Source of the DNA: an uncultured Planctomycetaceae bacterium
GTDB taxonomy: Bacteria > Planctomycetota > Planctomycetia > Planctomycetales > Planctomycetaceae
DNA length: 64,000 nucleotides
Assembly (NCBI GenBank): GCA_963976765.1
Contig: CAXBME010000001.1
Coordinates: forward strand, 372,001 to 436,000
Direction: 5' to 3'
Part shown: in pieces, positions 62,388 through 64,000 of the stretch
How positions within the stretch are numbered: position 1 is the stretch's first letter
Layout: every line of letters begins with the position of its first letter
Notes under the pieces: generated by a model
Databases searched by the model: none
What the model was told of the DNA's origin: nothing
What the model saw: only the letters and a program-made list of their open reading frames with translations
Translations under genes and position numbers: made by a program

Positions 62388-64000
62388 ATGACTCAACAAA
62401 AATCGGTCTGCCTGATTCTTCTGCTTTCCATTTGCCTGGCAACAAAACTGGTCCGAGGTGCAGGGCCGAAAGATGACGCGGCTGCAACGAAGGCCTTTCA
62501 CCAGTTGCTCGACAACGAGTGGCAGTGGACTCTGCATGATGATCCGGAGTTTGCGTCGTGGCTGGGGGATCATCGGTACGACAACCGATGGCAGAATGTC
62601 AGCCTGGAGGCTATCGGCAGGCGGCATGAATACCGGCAGTCGGTGCTGGATGATCTGGCGAAGATCGACTTGACGCTGTTGTCGAAGCAGGATCGCATCA
62701 GCTACGAGCTGTTTCGTGGTCAATATCAGAACGAGATTGACGCCTTCAGGTTTGGCTGGCATCTGGTGCCGCTGACTCAGCGCGGCGGCATTCAGGATTC
62801 CAGTTCGCTGGCCTCGTCGCTGCGGTTTGAGACGGTCGAGGATTACGAGGCGTGGAATCAGCGGCTCTTCAGTTTTCCAGAATTCATGGATCAGACGCTG
62901 GCTCTGATGCAGGAAGGTGTTGACCGGAAGATTGTTCACTCGCGAGCTGTGATGACTCGTTTGCCGGCTCAGATTCGGCAGCAGATTGTCGAGGATCCGA
63001 CGAGAAGCCTGTTCTACAAACCGTTTCGCCATATACCGAAGTCGATTCCGGTCGAGAAGCAGGATGAGCTGAAGTCTGGTGCCGAGCTGTTTATTAAAAC
63101 TCGCGTCGTGCCTGCTTATGAAAAAATGCTTCGGTTCTTCGAAGACGTTTATCTTCCGGCGTGTTTCGAACAAGAAGGTGTGTGGCAGATTCCGAATGGC
63201 AAAGAGTTTTACGCCTTGCGGGCTCGGCAGTTCACGACGACGGATTTGACGCCGCAGCAGATTCACGACATCGGGCAGCGCGAGGTGAAGCGAATCCGCG
63301 GCGAGATGGAAGGCGTCATGCGGGAAGTCGGCTTCGAAGGGACGTTTCCGGAGTTTCTGGAGCATCTCCGCAGCGACCCGAAGTTTTACTACAACGATCC
63401 GAACAAGCTTCTCGCCGAGTACAAAGCGATCTGCCGCCGCATTGATCCCAAGTTGCCGAAAATGTTCGGTCGGCTTCCGCGACGACCGTATCAGCTGGAG
63501 CCGATTCCGGAACACCTCGCCCCCGACACGACAACCGCTTACTACCGCCCGCCTTCGGCCGATGGGGGCCGCGACGGAACGTACTTTGTGAATCTCTACC
63601 GCCCGGAAACGCGACCGAAGTACGAGATGGAGGTTCTGTCAGTTCACGAGGCCGTGCCGGGGCATCATCTTCAGATCGCGATTGCTCAGGAGCTGGAAGG
63701 AATCCCGGAGTTTCGCCGGTACGGTGGCTACACCGCCTTTATCGAAGGCTGGGGACTTTATTCCGAGAGGCTTGGTTACGAGCTGGGCCTTTACAAGGAT
63801 CCGTACTCACGATTCGGGCAATTGACGTACGACATGTGGCGAGCGGTTCGCCTGGTCGTTGATACCGGAATTCATGACCAGGGCTGGTCCCGGCAACAGG
63901 CGATCGACTTCTTCGCCGCCAACGCTGCGAAATCGATGCACGACATCGAGAACGAAATCGATCGCTACATCGCGTGGCCGGGTCAGGCACTGGCTTACAA
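62388..64000 (+). CDS. DUF885 family secreted protein, runs off window end (absent from the ORF track)
   Basis: Hand-translated: AGGAG, then MTQQKSVCLILLLSICLA...DPEFASWLGDHRYD; later HEAVPGHHLQ, FIEGWGLYSE, RAVRLVVDTGIH, WPGQALAY. Confidence 0.9.
   Translation, partial: MTQQKSVCLILLLSICLATKLVRGAGPKDDAAATKAFHQLLDNEWQWTLHDDPEFASWLGDHRYDNRWQNVSLEAIGRRHEYRQSVLDDLAKIDLTLLSKQDRISYELFRGQYQNEIDAFRFGWHLVPLTQRGGIQDSSSLASSLRFETVEDYEAWNQRLFSFPEFMDQTLALMQEGVDRKIVHSRAVMTRLPAQIRQQIVEDPTRSLFYKPFRHIPKSIPVEKQDELKSGAELFIKTRVVPAYEKMLRFFEDVYLPACFEQEGVWQIPNGKEFYALRARQFTTTDLTPQQIHDIGQREVKRIRGEMEGVMREVGFEGTFPEFLEHLRSDPKFYYNDPNKLLAEYKAICRRIDPKLPKMFGRLPRRPYQLEPIPEHLAPDTTTAYYRPPSADGGRDGTYFVNLYRPETRPKYEMEVLSVHEAVPGHHLQIAIAQELEGIPEFRRYGGYTAFIEGWGLYSERLGYELGLYKDPYSRFGQLTYDMWRAVRLVVDTGIHDQGWSRQQAIDFFAANAAKSMHDIENEIDRYIAWPGQALAY

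Noticed and set aside
62364..63515. 383-aa minus-strand ORF
   Set aside because: Antisense shadow of the plus-strand DUF885 gene, which has clear family motifs

Overview
Bacterial chromosomal window, most likely from a marine planctomycete. This is inferred from a DUF1501 protein, a PVC-type heme-binding CxxCH protein, DUF6677- and DUF58/BatA-like genes, several PQQ-like beta-propellers, a sulfatase, Na+-NQR, and a murC-murB-ddl cluster with no fts genes. About 42 CDS are supportable. Core genes include lutA-like (partial), purU, moxR, pepT, nqrABCDEF, a UvrD-like helicase, murC/murB/ddl, an HtrA-like protease and gap. No rRNA, tRNA, CRISPR array or transposase was recognised, but many gene junctions carry REP/MITE-like palindromes from at least five families. 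The most unusual part is 43-54 kb. It holds (1) a stand-alone E2-type acyltransferase domain paired with an atypical cytochrome P450, (2) an LRR-Roc-COR-TIR (Roco) protein whose 69-bp LRR units show exact duplications and mosaic sharing, suggesting a diversifying immune-receptor-like system, and (3) a eukaryote-type UMP-CMP kinase fused to an unexplained N-terminal domain. A His-rich ABC transporter and secreted-protein locus at 0.7-6.3 kb may be an uncharacterised metal-handling system. All family calls come from motif recognition, not database searches.
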